42,359 nucleotides of DNA from Candidatus Andersenbacteria bacterium RIFCSPHIGHO2_12_FULL_45_11b. Its GTDB lineage: Bacteria; Patescibacteriota; Andersenbacteria; UBA10190. Below, one piece after another: positions 16,316 to 24,457 of the stretch. Under the pieces are notes generated by a model. That model had not been told where the DNA came from, did no database searches, and saw only the letters and a list, made by a program, of their open reading frames with translations. The translations under genes were made by a program, and so were the position numbers. The first letter of the stretch is position 1. Each line of letters opens with the position of its first letter. Where the stretch lies: contig MHHS01000050.1 in assembly GCA_001817115.1 (NCBI GenBank), positions 782-43,140 of the forward strand, written 5' to 3'.

Positions 16316-16369
16316 GAGGGGGTTTGCGTCGCGACTAACCTCCCCTAGCCCCTCCTTCGTAAGGAGGGG
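16314..16369 (+). repeat. family-A element, right part only (R4)
   Basis: GAGAGGGGGTTTGCGTCGCGACTAACCTCCCCTAG followed by CCCCTCC-ttcgtaa-GGAGGGG, 10 nt upstream of ATG 16379. Confidence 0.75.
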
Positions 16370-16402
16370 AACTTCTACATGACAACTGACGAGCTATGCC
16401 TA

Positions 16403-16408
16403 TATACT
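16403..16408 (+). promoter_or_regulatory. -10-like TATACT, 6 nt upstream of leuS ATG 16415
   Basis: Motif and spacing read directly. No SD. Confidence 0.45.
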
Positions 16409-16414
16409 GCCTAT

Positions 16415-18820
16415 ATGGCAGATAATCCATATAACCACATAGAAATCGAGAAAAAGTGGCAGAAGCGCTGGGCAGAAGACGGTACGTTTACGACCCCGGA
16501 TATGCCAGCTGGCAAGAAAAGCTATGTTCTTGATATGTTTCCATATCCATCAGGCGAAGGGCTTCATGTAGGGCATCCAAAGGGATACATTGCAACGGAT
16601 GTATATGCTCGTATGATGCGCATGCAAGGATACGACGTGCTTCACCCTATGGGATGGGACGCATTCGGGTTGCCGGCGGAAAACTATGCGATCAAAAATA
16701 AAATACATCCTCGGATTGCAGTTGAAAAGAACATCGCGCGATTTAAAGAACAGTTGCAGAATATCGGATTTTCATATGATTGGAATCGGGAAATAAATAC
16801 TATCGACCCAGAATACTATAAATGGACGCAGTGGATTTTCTTGCAGTTATATAAAAAAGGATTGGCATATGAAAGTTTTGAGCCGATCAACTGGTGTCCG
16901 TCGTGCCAAACGGGGCTTGCAAACGAAGACTTAGACCAAGGCAAGTGCGAACGATGCGGATCGATTGTGGAAAAGCGCCCGATGAGGCAGTGGATGCTGA
17001 AGATTACGGATTATGCGGAACAGTTGCTTTCTGGCTTAGAAACCCTTCCGTGGCCGAAATCTATTATTGAATCGCAAAAAAATTGGATAGGAAAATCGGA
17101 AGGCGCGGAAATTAGCTTTCGTTTTCTCCCCCTTACCAAGCCTGCCCGCCGTACTGGAGGGGGGGAGTTAGAGGGGGTCAGCGTCGACGTATTTACAACT
17201 CGTCCGGATACGCTATTTGGATGCACATATCTTGTGCTATCTCCGGAACATGCGTTGATGCAAAATATCTTGTCGCATGTTGATAATAAAGTCGAAGTTG
17301 CCGCATATATAAAAAGTGCATCTGAAAAAACGGAAATAGATAGAACGGACGCTGCAAAAGAAAAAACAGGAGTGGAATTACGGGGCGTGAGAGCGAAAAA
17401 TTCTGCCTCCGGAGAAGAAATTCCGGTATGGGTTGCGGATTATGTATTAGCAGATTATGGAACAGGGGCGGTTATGGCTGTGCCTGCGCACGATGATCGT
17501 GATTTTGCATTTGCAAAAAAATATGAGTTGCCAGTTGTTACTGTTGTAAATGAAGAAAATAAATTAATTAATTCTGGAGAATTTAATGGGTTAGATGCTG
17601 AAGATGCAAAGCAAAAAATAACGGAGAAATTTGGAAAAACTACGACGAATTACAAGCTCCGCGATTGGGTATTTTCACGCCAGCGCTATTGGGGGGAGCC
17701 GATTCCTATTGTTCATTGTGAAGAAGATGGCATTGTTCCTGTTCCAGAAGATCAATTACCTGTTTTACTTCCTGAAGTGGAGCATTATGAACCGACAGGA
17801 ACGGGAGAATCGCCGCTTGCTGCGATTACTGATTGGGTAAGTACGGCGTGTCCGAAGTGCGGAAAGCCTGCAAAACGAGAAACGAACACCATGCCGCAAT
17901 GGGCGGGGTCGAGCTGGTATTCCTTGAGATATATTGATGCAAAAAATCCTGATCAATTTGTAGATTCAGAAAAAGAAAAAGCGTGGATGCCCGTTGACGT
18001 ATACGTCGGCGGGGCGGAGCATGCAACGCGGCATTTAATTTATGCGCGGTTTTGGCATATTGTGTTGCATGAGTTGGGGTTTGCAAGTACGCCCGAGCCA
18101 TTTATGCGCTTAGAGCATGTAGGGCTTATTCTCGCAGAAGATGGTCGTAAGATGAGCAAGCGCTACGGGAACGTGGTGAATCCGGATGACATCGTTGCGT
18201 TGGTAGGCGCCGATACGCTTCGTATCTATGAAATGTTTATGGGCCCGTTTAATCAATCTGTTTCTTGGAGTACGGCTGGCATCAGCGGGCCGAGAAAATT
18301 TATTGAACGATTATGGAGATTAGCTCAAGCAAGTATTGGACAAGATCATCAAGACAGCGAGCAGGTTCTATATGCAATCAATAAATCAATTAAAAAAGTT
18401 TCAGAAGATACGGCTACGTTTCGATTCAACACGGCCATTGCAACGCTCATGGAATGCTTGAATGTATTTGAACGGGAAAAAGCGGTATCGAAAGAATCGC
18501 TTGAAACATTTATTCGGCTTCTTGCTCCATACGCTCCGCATGTGTGCGAAGAAGTATGGGGGCGCATGGGGTATGCGGGCGGAATTTCTCGCGCAAGGTG
18601 GCCCGTTGCAGATGAGCGATATCTTGCAGAAAAAACGATTGTTATTCCTGTGCAGGTGAACGGAAAAGTCCGAGCGGAAATTTCTATTGCGCGCGATGCT
18701 TCGCAAGAAGAAGTGGAAGCGCTTGCCCGCCAACAGGAAAATGTTGTTAAACATGTTGCAGGTGCGCAAGTCAAGAAAGTGGTTTATGTTCCAAGTAAAT
18801 TAATTAATTTCGTATGGTAA
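16415..18820 (+). CDS. leuS: leucine--tRNA ligase with an in-frame family-A repeat segment
   Basis: MADNPYNHIEIEKKWQ N-terminus, HIGH-type PYPSGEGLHVGHPKGY, VFTTRPDTLFG, KMSKR. An alternative upstream ATG exists at 16379. TATACT lies 6 nt upstream of 16415. Confidence 0.95.
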   Translation: MADNPYNHIEIEKKWQKRWAEDGTFTTPDMPAGKKSYVLDMFPYPSGEGLHVGHPKGYIATDVYARMMRMQGYDVLHPMGWDAFGLPAENYAIKNKIHPRIAVEKNIARFKEQLQNIGFSYDWNREINTIDPEYYKWTQWIFLQLYKKGLAYESFEPINWCPSCQTGLANEDLDQGKCERCGSIVEKRPMRQWMLKITDYAEQLLSGLETLPWPKSIIESQKNWIGKSEGAEISFRFLPLTKPARRTGGGELEGVSVDVFTTRPDTLFGCTYLVLSPEHALMQNILSHVDNKVEVAAYIKSASEKTEIDRTDAAKEKTGVELRGVRAKNSASGEEIPVWVADYVLADYGTGAVMAVPAHDDRDFAFAKKYELPVVTVVNEENKLINSGEFNGLDAEDAKQKITEKFGKTTTNYKLRDWVFSRQRYWGEPIPIVHCEEDGIVPVPEDQLPVLLPEVEHYEPTGTGESPLAAITDWVSTACPKCGKPAKRETNTMPQWAGSSWYSLRYIDAKNPDQFVDSEKEKAWMPVDVYVGGAEHATRHLIYARFWHIVLHELGFASTPEPFMRLEHVGLILAEDGRKMSKRYGNVVNPDDIVALVGADTLRIYEMFMGPFNQSVSWSTAGISGPRKFIERLWRLAQASIGQDHQDSEQVLYAINKSIKKVSEDTATFRFNTAIATLMECLNVFEREKAVSKESLETFIRLLAPYAPHVCEEVWGRMGYAGGISRARWPVADERYLAEKTIVIPVQVNGKVRAEISIARDASQEEVEALARQQENVVKHVAGAQVKKVVYVPSKLINFVW
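17126..17186 (+). repeat. family-A element, left part, in frame inside leuS (R5)
   Basis: CTCCCCCTTACCAAG-[18 nt]-GGGGGGGAG TTAGAGGGGGTCAGCGTCG compared with R1 CTCCCCCTTACCAAGGGGGAG GTAGAGGGGGTCTGCGTCG. Confidence 0.8.
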
Positions 18821-19485
18821 ATATTCCGCGCGGCAGAGTTATTGATGTAAGCACAGGAGCTCCTGTGCCATCTGCACAGGTAATGATTTATGATGCGCGA
18901 GGCAAATTGCACTCTACGCTTACTGCGAATGCACAGGGCGAATTTTCAACTGCGTTTCCCGCTGGAGAGTACGGACTAGCAGTGCATGCTTCGCAGTACA
19001 GCTTGGCAAACAAGATTTCCCCGTTTCTTTTAGCTAGTGCTGATGTGGTATATGACGGCGGGACGTTTACGGTAACGCGAGACAATGAGCCAATTAACAT
19101 GATTGTGCCGGTACAAACTGGTGTGCAGAAAAAAGAATCGTTTTTGAGTTTAGCTAGGGAATTGTTTCAGAGCATATGGTTTACTGTGAACAAGGGAATG
19201 CAGAAAAGCGATACGCAGAGCGGGGTTGTTCGCGATGCATCTACGAAAACTCCGCTTGATTTGGCAACAGTGCGATTATTTGATCAGGAAACGGGGCGAC
19301 TTGTGGCAACGAGAATTTCTGACATATATGGCAGATTCTCGTTATTTCCGTCTCCTGGCGTATATCGTGTCGTTGCCACGCGCGAGGGGTATGAGGATAG
19401 CGTTCAGGAGCATGTGGCTATTACAGATATTAATAAGTCGGCTTTGCTTGCTCCTGTTGATTTAATCCGAAAGGGTGTGCTATAA
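18814..19485 (+). CDS. protein with two CarboxypepD_reg-like domains, paralogous to the C-terminal part of the giant protein
   Basis: RGRVIDVSTGAPVPSAQVMIYD...GEFSTAFPAGEY and GVVRDASTKTPLDLATVRLFDQETGRLVATR...GRFSLFPSPGVYRVVATREGYE. The start overlaps the leuS stop (ATGGTAA). Confidence 0.7.
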   Translation: MVNIPRGRVIDVSTGAPVPSAQVMIYDARGKLHSTLTANAQGEFSTAFPAGEYGLAVHASQYSLANKISPFLLASADVVYDGGTFTVTRDNEPINMIVPVQTGVQKKESFLSLARELFQSIWFTVNKGMQKSDTQSGVVRDASTKTPLDLATVRLFDQETGRLVATRISDIYGRFSLFPSPGVYRVVATREGYEDSVQEHVAITDINKSALLAPVDLIRKGVL

Positions 19486-19493
19486 CAGGAGCT

Positions 19494-20189
19494 ATGCAAG
19501 CAATTATATTAATGGCGGGAAAAGGGACAAGAATGGCAAAATACTACGAAGGGCCGAAGCAGCTCCTTCCAGTGGCTGGGAAGCCGGTGGTGCATTATTT
19601 GCTTGACAGTTTGCCCTCGGAAATAACAGAGCTTATTTTTATCGTAGGGGGTCCGCATGAAGACAGAATTCGCGAGCATTTTGCAAGCGGGGAATACAGC
19701 GGGCGGCCTATTATGTTTATTCGCCAAGATGAACAGCTTGGTTTGCCCCACGCGTTCGGCATGGCAAAAGACGCAGTGAAGGATAGGTGGTTCGGCAGCG
19801 TAGCTGATGATATTTTTGATCCGATTGCCATTCAAAAACTTGTTCAAGAAGATATGGCTATTTTATCGTCTCGAGTTCCAAATCCGGAGCAGTTTGGCGT
19901 TCTGGTAACGAATGAAGAGGGGTACTTAGAGCGAGCAGTAGAAAAACCGAAAGAATTTGTTTCTGATTTGGTATGGACGGGCGCAATGGTAATGGATCGG
20001 TCATTTTTTGAAACGAAGACGGAGCTATCTGGCCGAGGCGAGTATGAAACGCCTGATGTATGGACGAAGCTGGTGAAAGAGCAGGGCAAGAAAATTAAAG
20101 TAATTACATCCGCATACTGGTTCCCGGTTAACGATAAGCCTCAGTTAGAAGCTGCTGAAGCTAAAGTCAAAGAATTAGGACTAGCGTAG
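19494..20189 (+). CDS. sugar-phosphate nucleotidyltransferase (NTP_transferase family)
   Basis: N-terminal MQAIILMAGKGTRM signature. Length 231 aa. Confidence 0.8.
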   Translation: MQAIILMAGKGTRMAKYYEGPKQLLPVAGKPVVHYLLDSLPSEITELIFIVGGPHEDRIREHFASGEYSGRPIMFIRQDEQLGLPHAFGMAKDAVKDRWFGSVADDIFDPIAIQKLVQEDMAILSSRVPNPEQFGVLVTNEEGYLERAVEKPKEFVSDLVWTGAMVMDRSFFETKTELSGRGEYETPDVWTKLVKEQGKKIKVITSAYWFPVNDKPQLEAAEAKVKELGLA

Positions 20190-20197
20190 AGTCGTTT

Positions 20198-20260
20198 GTT
20201 ATTCCCGCGAAGGCGGGAATCCACGTCGTGTCTGGATCCCGGCTCGGAGGCCGGGATGAC
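20198..20260. repeat. family-B element between convergent genes (B2)
   Basis: GTT ATTCCCGC-gaag-GCGGGAAT CCACGTCGTG... ATCCCGGC-tcggag-GCCGGGAT GAC. Confidence 0.8.
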
Positions 20261-20266
20261 AATCGC

Positions 20267-21583
20267 TTATCCTCTTCCTACGCTGTGATATACAAACCCA
20301 AGCTTTTCCATTTCTTTCGGGTCAAACATGTTGCGGCCGTCGATGATAATAGGATTATGCAGGGATTTCTTTACTACTTCCCAGTCAGGATTTTTGAATT
20401 CGTCCCATTCAGTAACAATTACCAATGCATCAGCATCTTTGAGCGCTTCTTCTTTTGAAGATACGTACTGAACCTTATCGCCGAGCACTTCTTTGGCAGT
20501 GTGCTTTGCTTCCGGGTCGTATGCGGCGATAATCGCTCCGTCTTTGTGCAATTTTTCTACAATAGTGATGGACGGAGCGTTGCGCATATCATCCGTATTC
20601 GCCTTAAACGCTAGCCCCCACAGGGCGATCTTTTTGCCTTTGGTGATCCATAGCGCTTTCTCAATTTTCTGAATAAATAGCTCGCGCATGTCGGAGTTTA
20701 TTTTTTCTACTTCTTTTAATACGTCGAAGTTGTATCCTAGATCTTCTGCGATCGTGATAAACGCAGACACGTCTTTGGGGAAGCAGGAGCCGCCATATCC
20801 GATGCCGGCATTAAGAAATGATTTTCCGATGCGGGAGTCTAGGCCCATGCCGTATGTTACCTGGTCGATATTTGCATTGGATAATTCGCAAATACGAGCT
20901 AGGGCATTTGCAAACGAAATTTTCATTGCCAAGAACGAATTACTTGCGTGCTTGATAAGCTCCGCGCTGTTTACATTAGTCTCAATAAATGGAGCCTTGA
21001 TCGGTTCATAGATTTCTCGCATAATTTTTGCGGCACGCTCATTTTCAACTCCGACTACGATTCGGTCCGGTTTCATAAAATCTTCAATAGCAGACCCTTC
21101 TCGCAGAAACTCTGGATTGCTAACTACGTCAAAATCGAGCCCATGCTTATTGTACTGCTTTACTGTTTCCAGCACGCGCTCGCCCGTTTTTACGGGAACA
21201 GTGCTTTTATCTACGATTACCTTGTATGAAGTGGCAGCTTCCGCGATTTCTCTCGTTGCTCCAGCAACATATGATAAGTCTGCTTTGCCATTGGCCATGG
21301 GCGGAGTATTTACGGCGATAAAGATAACTTCTGATTGTTCAACGGCTTTCTTCAGGCTAGTGGTAAATGTGAGCCGTCCCTCTTTAACGTTCTTTTTTAC
21401 TAAATCTTCCAAGCCCGGTTCGTAAATCGGTATGTGGCCGTTTTTTAGCTTTTCTATTTTTGACTCATTATTATCAACAAGTACGACTGTGTGGCCGATT
21501 TCAGCCAAGCATGTTCCGGAAACGAGTCCGACGTATCCTGCTCCTATAAATGCCAATGTGTGTGGGTTTGATGGTTTATTCAT
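20267..21583 (-). CDS. ugd: UDP-glucose 6-dehydrogenase
   Basis: IGAGYVGL Rossmann motif, catalytic GGSCFPKD. Length 438 aa. Confidence 0.92.
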   Translation of the reverse strand: MNKPSNPHTLAFIGAGYVGLVSGTCLAEIGHTVVLVDNNESKIEKLKNGHIPIYEPGLEDLVKKNVKEGRLTFTTSLKKAVEQSEVIFIAVNTPPMANGKADLSYVAGATREIAEAATSYKVIVDKSTVPVKTGERVLETVKQYNKHGLDFDVVSNPEFLREGSAIEDFMKPDRIVVGVENERAAKIMREIYEPIKAPFIETNVNSAELIKHASNSFLAMKISFANALARICELSNANIDQVTYGMGLDSRIGKSFLNAGIGYGGSCFPKDVSAFITIAEDLGYNFDVLKEVEKINSDMRELFIQKIEKALWITKGKKIALWGLAFKANTDDMRNAPSITIVEKLHKDGAIIAAYDPEAKHTAKEVLGDKVQYVSSKEEALKDADALVIVTEWDEFKNPDWEVVKKSLHNPIIIDGRNMFDPKEMEKLGFVYHSVGRG

Positions 21584-21602
21584 GTACTATGTATACCTAA
21601 AG

Positions 21603-22424
21603 TTATAGAAAAATACGAGTATTGTTTTGTTTTACTAGTTTGTCTTGAATAAGAGATTCCAGTATTTCTCCTGCAGAATAGTCTTGCTCTTCTTTACGCA
21701 ATATTTCTTCAAGAAAATCAAGAGCTGCTGTTTTTGGCATGTCGTGCTTTGGTTGAGAGAGCATAAAACGCATCAGTTTTGCGCGATATTGCCTGAATGA
21801 GCCGATGAATTTGCTCTGCTTTGCATAATGTCTGCTTTTTTTGTTTATTTTTTTGTCTTTGAGTGCTAATGCTCCGTAATCAAATAATGCCCAATTCCAA
21901 TTTCTTGCATCTTCTTTTGGAATTGCTTTTTTGGCAATTTTTAGAATTTCTGCATCGTGAACGTCTGTTTTGCCTTTGAAAAAGAAGTGCAAATAGACTC
22001 GGCGAATATTTGTATCTATAAACGGTTCTGTATTACCGAATGCGAAACAGGAGATTGCCCCGGCAGTGTACGGGCCGATGCCTGGGAGAGTGAGCAGAGT
22101 TTTTATATCTTTTGGAAATTTGCCATTATGTTTTTTTGCTATTTCTTTGCATGCTTCTTTTAAGAACCTTGCTCTGCGCCAATACCCCAAACCAGACCAT
22201 ATGGCCAATAGGTCTGAGTCTTTGCATGCGGCAAGAGTTTTGATATCCGGAAATGCTTTGAGAAAATCCTTATATTTCGGCAATACGCGAGATACTTGCG
22301 TTTGTTGCAACATGATTTCCGATACCATAATCCGGTACGGATTTTTTGTATTGCGCCATGGCAAATTGCGCTTGTTGTCTTTATACCAGTCTAGAATTGT
22401 TTTTTTAAATTTCGGGATGGTCAT
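21603..22424 (-). CDS. MutY-like HhH-GPD adenine DNA glycosylase lacking Fe-S cluster cysteines and Nudix-like domain
   Basis: LPWRNTKNPYRIMVSEIMLQQTQV, LPGIGPYTAGAI, FIDTNIRRV. There is no Cys where the Cx6Cx2Cx5C motif belongs (DYGALALKDKKINKKSRHY). Confidence 0.8.
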   Translation of the reverse strand: MTIPKFKKTILDWYKDNKRNLPWRNTKNPYRIMVSEIMLQQTQVSRVLPKYKDFLKAFPDIKTLAACKDSDLLAIWSGLGYWRRARFLKEACKEIAKKHNGKFPKDIKTLLTLPGIGPYTAGAISCFAFGNTEPFIDTNIRRVYLHFFFKGKTDVHDAEILKIAKKAIPKEDARNWNWALFDYGALALKDKKINKKSRHYAKQSKFIGSFRQYRAKLMRFMLSQPKHDMPKTAALDFLEEILRKEEQDYSAGEILESLIQDKLVKQNNTRIFL

Positions 22425-22448
22425 GTAAAAAGGATATCAGAATAAACC

Positions 22449-22541
22449 GTCTCATGCTGAACCTGTCTGCCGACAGGCAGGCTTGATTCAGCATCCAGGC
22501 GCTACAACGACGTGGATTCCCCGATCAAGTCGGGGAATGAC
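22449..22541. repeat. family-B element overlapping the idi 3' end (B3)
   Basis: GTCTCATGCTGAA...TTCAGCAT CCAGG...GACGTGG ATTCCCCGA-tcaag-TCGGGGAAT GAC. Confidence 0.75.
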
Positions 22542-23053
22542 GGTTTTACCTTTATTAATAACAGCAAGAACCACGGGGTGAAATGTTCTGGATTATTTTT
22601 TACTTCTTTTTCTAAATCCTTTTTTGAAATCCAACGGTATCCCATAGCTTCTTCAGGATTTAGTACCGGCTCATCATTGTATATGCCGTGATATACATGC
22701 AGATATTCATGTTCTATTAAATTAGGCGGAACTGGGACATTGTAGATAAATTCTGTTTGCTTGGTCAATTCACAATTAAATCCCATTTCTTCCTGTAGTC
22801 TTCTATGGGGGGCTTTGTCGGTTAATTCGTCTTTCATGGGGTGCCCGCAGCACGCGTTCGTCCAAAGGCCGCCGGAATGATATTTCATAAGCGCCCGCTG
22901 CTGCAGCATCATTTCTCCTTTATCGTTATAAATCAACACAGAAAAAGCTCGATGCAATAAGCCCTGTATGTGGGCATCTAATTTCTCATGAAGCCCAAGC
23001 TCGTTGTCATGTTCATCAACAAGAATAACTAAATTGCGCAAGTCTTCGTTCAT
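22502..23053 (-). CDS. idi: isopentenyl-diphosphate delta-isomerase, type 1 (Nudix fold)
   Basis: LHRAFSVLIYN, QQRALMKYHSGGLWTNACCGHP, EHEY. Start set at MNEDL because the longer track ORF would overlap the tRNA. The last 13 codons lie inside a family-B repeat. Confidence 0.85.
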   Translation of the reverse strand: MNEDLRNLVILVDEHDNELGLHEKLDAHIQGLLHRAFSVLIYNDKGEMMLQQRALMKYHSGGLWTNACCGHPMKDELTDKAPHRRLQEEMGFNCELTKQTEFIYNVPVPPNLIEHEYLHVYHGIYNDEPVLNPEEAMGYRWISKKDLEKEVKNNPEHFTPWFLLLLIKVKPSFPDLIGESTSL

Positions 23054-23067
23054 AGAGGATATTATTG

Positions 23068-23150
23068 TGCCGCGGGAGAGAATCGAACTCTCATGAGGAA
23101 ACCCTCGCAAGATTTTGAGTCTTGTGCGTCTACCGTTCCGCCACCGCGGC
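23068..23150 (-). tRNA. tRNA-Leu (anticodon CAA), type II with long variable arm
   Basis: Hand-folded cloverleaf: 7-bp acceptor stem, 3-bp D stem with GG loop, anticodon loop CUCAAAA, 4-bp variable arm, T loop TTCGATT, discriminator A. CCA is not encoded. Confidence 0.93.
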
Positions 23151-23159
23151 CTGCGATTA

Positions 23160-23168
23160 TGGTATACT
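23160..23168 (+). promoter_or_regulatory. extended -10 box TGgTATACT, 8 nt upstream of ATG 23177
   Basis: Same nonamer as at 75-83. Confidence 0.45.
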
Positions 23169-23176
23169 AGTCGGCG

Positions 23177-23623
23177 ATGAATAAAAAATCAACAAAAGGA
23201 GATACGCCGGCTACTCAACACGATCTTGCAATGTTAGATAAGCGCCTTTCTGCAAAAATTGATAGTTTGCAAGAAGATATGACAGAAGCAAAAGCTGTAT
23301 TGGGTATTGTCGTAGAAGATGTGCAGGGCTTAAAACAAGATGTATCGGTGCTTAAAAACGATGTTTCTGGCTTAAAACAAGATGTATCGGTGCTTAAAAA
23401 CGATGTTTCTGGCTTAAAACAAGATGTATCGGTGCTTAAAAACGATGTTTCTGAACTAAAAACAGGAATGGTAGATGTGAAGAAAGCGTTGGGAACTATT
23501 CTGGAAGTCGTGCAAGCGACGGATTTGCGATCGAAAAATGCCGAAATGCACGGGCCAATGCTTGAAAATCATGAGAAACGAATTACGGCCACAGAAGTTC
23601 AGATTCGGATGATTCGCAGATAG
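23177..23623 (+). CDS. coiled-coil protein with three perfect 14-aa (42-bp) tandem repeats
   Basis: 148 aa with heptad-like (GLKQDVSVLKNDVS)x3. TGgTATACT lies 8 nt upstream of the ATG. Confidence 0.65.
   Translation: MNKKSTKGDTPATQHDLAMLDKRLSAKIDSLQEDMTEAKAVLGIVVEDVQGLKQDVSVLKNDVSGLKQDVSVLKNDVSGLKQDVSVLKNDVSELKTGMVDVKKALGTILEVVQATDLRSKNAEMHGPMLENHEKRITATEVQIRMIRR
23327..23452 (+). repeat. perfect 3 x 42-bp in-frame tandem repeat
   Basis: ggcttaaaacaagatgtatcggtgcttaaaaacgatgtttct starts at 23327, 23369 and 23411. A partial fourth unit follows. Confidence 0.95.
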
Positions 23624-23678
23624 GGGATAACTTGATATTGCTAGGGTGTGTAAAACCCTATACTATTTAAAGTATCGT

Positions 23679-24443
23679 ATGTCGGAAACACTCGCCGTAG
23701 TCAATCAAAAGGGGGGAGTGGGAAAAACGACCACCAGCGTGAATCTGGGGAGCTACCTTGCCGACTCTGGAAAAAACGTTTTGATTGTTGATTTAGACCC
23801 GCAGGCGAATGCTACTGCCGGTGTAGGGGTTACGGTGCAGGAGGGGATGCCTAGTTTGTATGATTTGCTTGCAGGAGAAGCTCCTGTGGAAAATGTTATC
23901 TTTCCTACGCACTTAGAGCGATTGAATATCATCCCCTCAACACCAGATTTAGCGGGAGCTGCAATGGAGTTAATGGATGTAACATACCGGGAGTATCGAT
24001 TGCGCCGAGCCCTGAAAGCAGTAAAAGATAGTTATGATTTTATTTTGATTGATTGTCCGCCAAGCTTAGGCTTGCTTACTATTAACGGACTAACGGCAGC
24101 AGACCGATTGCTCATTCCGGTGCAGTGCGAATTTTATGCATTAGAAGGTTTGCATCAGCTTTTAAATACTGTTGACCTTGTGCGCAAACATTTGAATCCG
24201 CGATTGCAAGTGTTGGGCGCGGTGCTTACTATGTTTGATCGCAGGACGGCGCTTTCTCGCAAAGTTGTTCGAGAAGTGCGCAAAACATTTCCCGGACACG
24301 TGTTTGAAAGCATTATTCCGCGCAATACAGAACTTGCGGAAGCCCCAAGCACAGGGCAGACTATCTTAGAATATGATAGATTATCGCCTGGCGCGCGCGC
24401 ATATGAGTATTTGTCTGAAGAATTATTGAATCTCTACTCTTAA
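23679..24443 (+). CDS. parA: ParA/Soj chromosome partitioning ATPase
   Basis: Deviant Walker A NQKGGVGKTTTSVNL and ILIDCPPSLG. Start set at MSETLAVV (the track ORF uses an upstream GTG). Confidence 0.92.
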   Translation: MSETLAVVNQKGGVGKTTTSVNLGSYLADSGKNVLIVDLDPQANATAGVGVTVQEGMPSLYDLLAGEAPVENVIFPTHLERLNIIPSTPDLAGAAMELMDVTYREYRLRRALKAVKDSYDFILIDCPPSLGLLTINGLTAADRLLIPVQCEFYALEGLHQLLNTVDLVRKHLNPRLQVLGAVLTMFDRRTALSRKVVREVRKTFPGHVFESIIPRNTELAEAPSTGQTILEYDRLSPGARAYEYLSEELLNLYS

Positions 24444-24457
24444 TTACGTAATTACCT

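Noticed and set aside
22502-23110. Longer track version of idi (202 aa), and the N-terminal extensions of the tatD, hisS, HIT, parA, mfd and giant-protein ORFs
   Set aside because: The extensions overlap the tRNA-Leu gene or upstream genes, use GTG/TTG starts or add non-homologous residues. Internal ATGs coincide with conserved N-termini.
23327-23452. CRISPR-like appearance of 42-bp direct repeats
   Set aside because: The units are contiguous with no spacers, are in frame within a coiled-coil ORF, and no cas genes are nearby. This is a coding tandem repeat.
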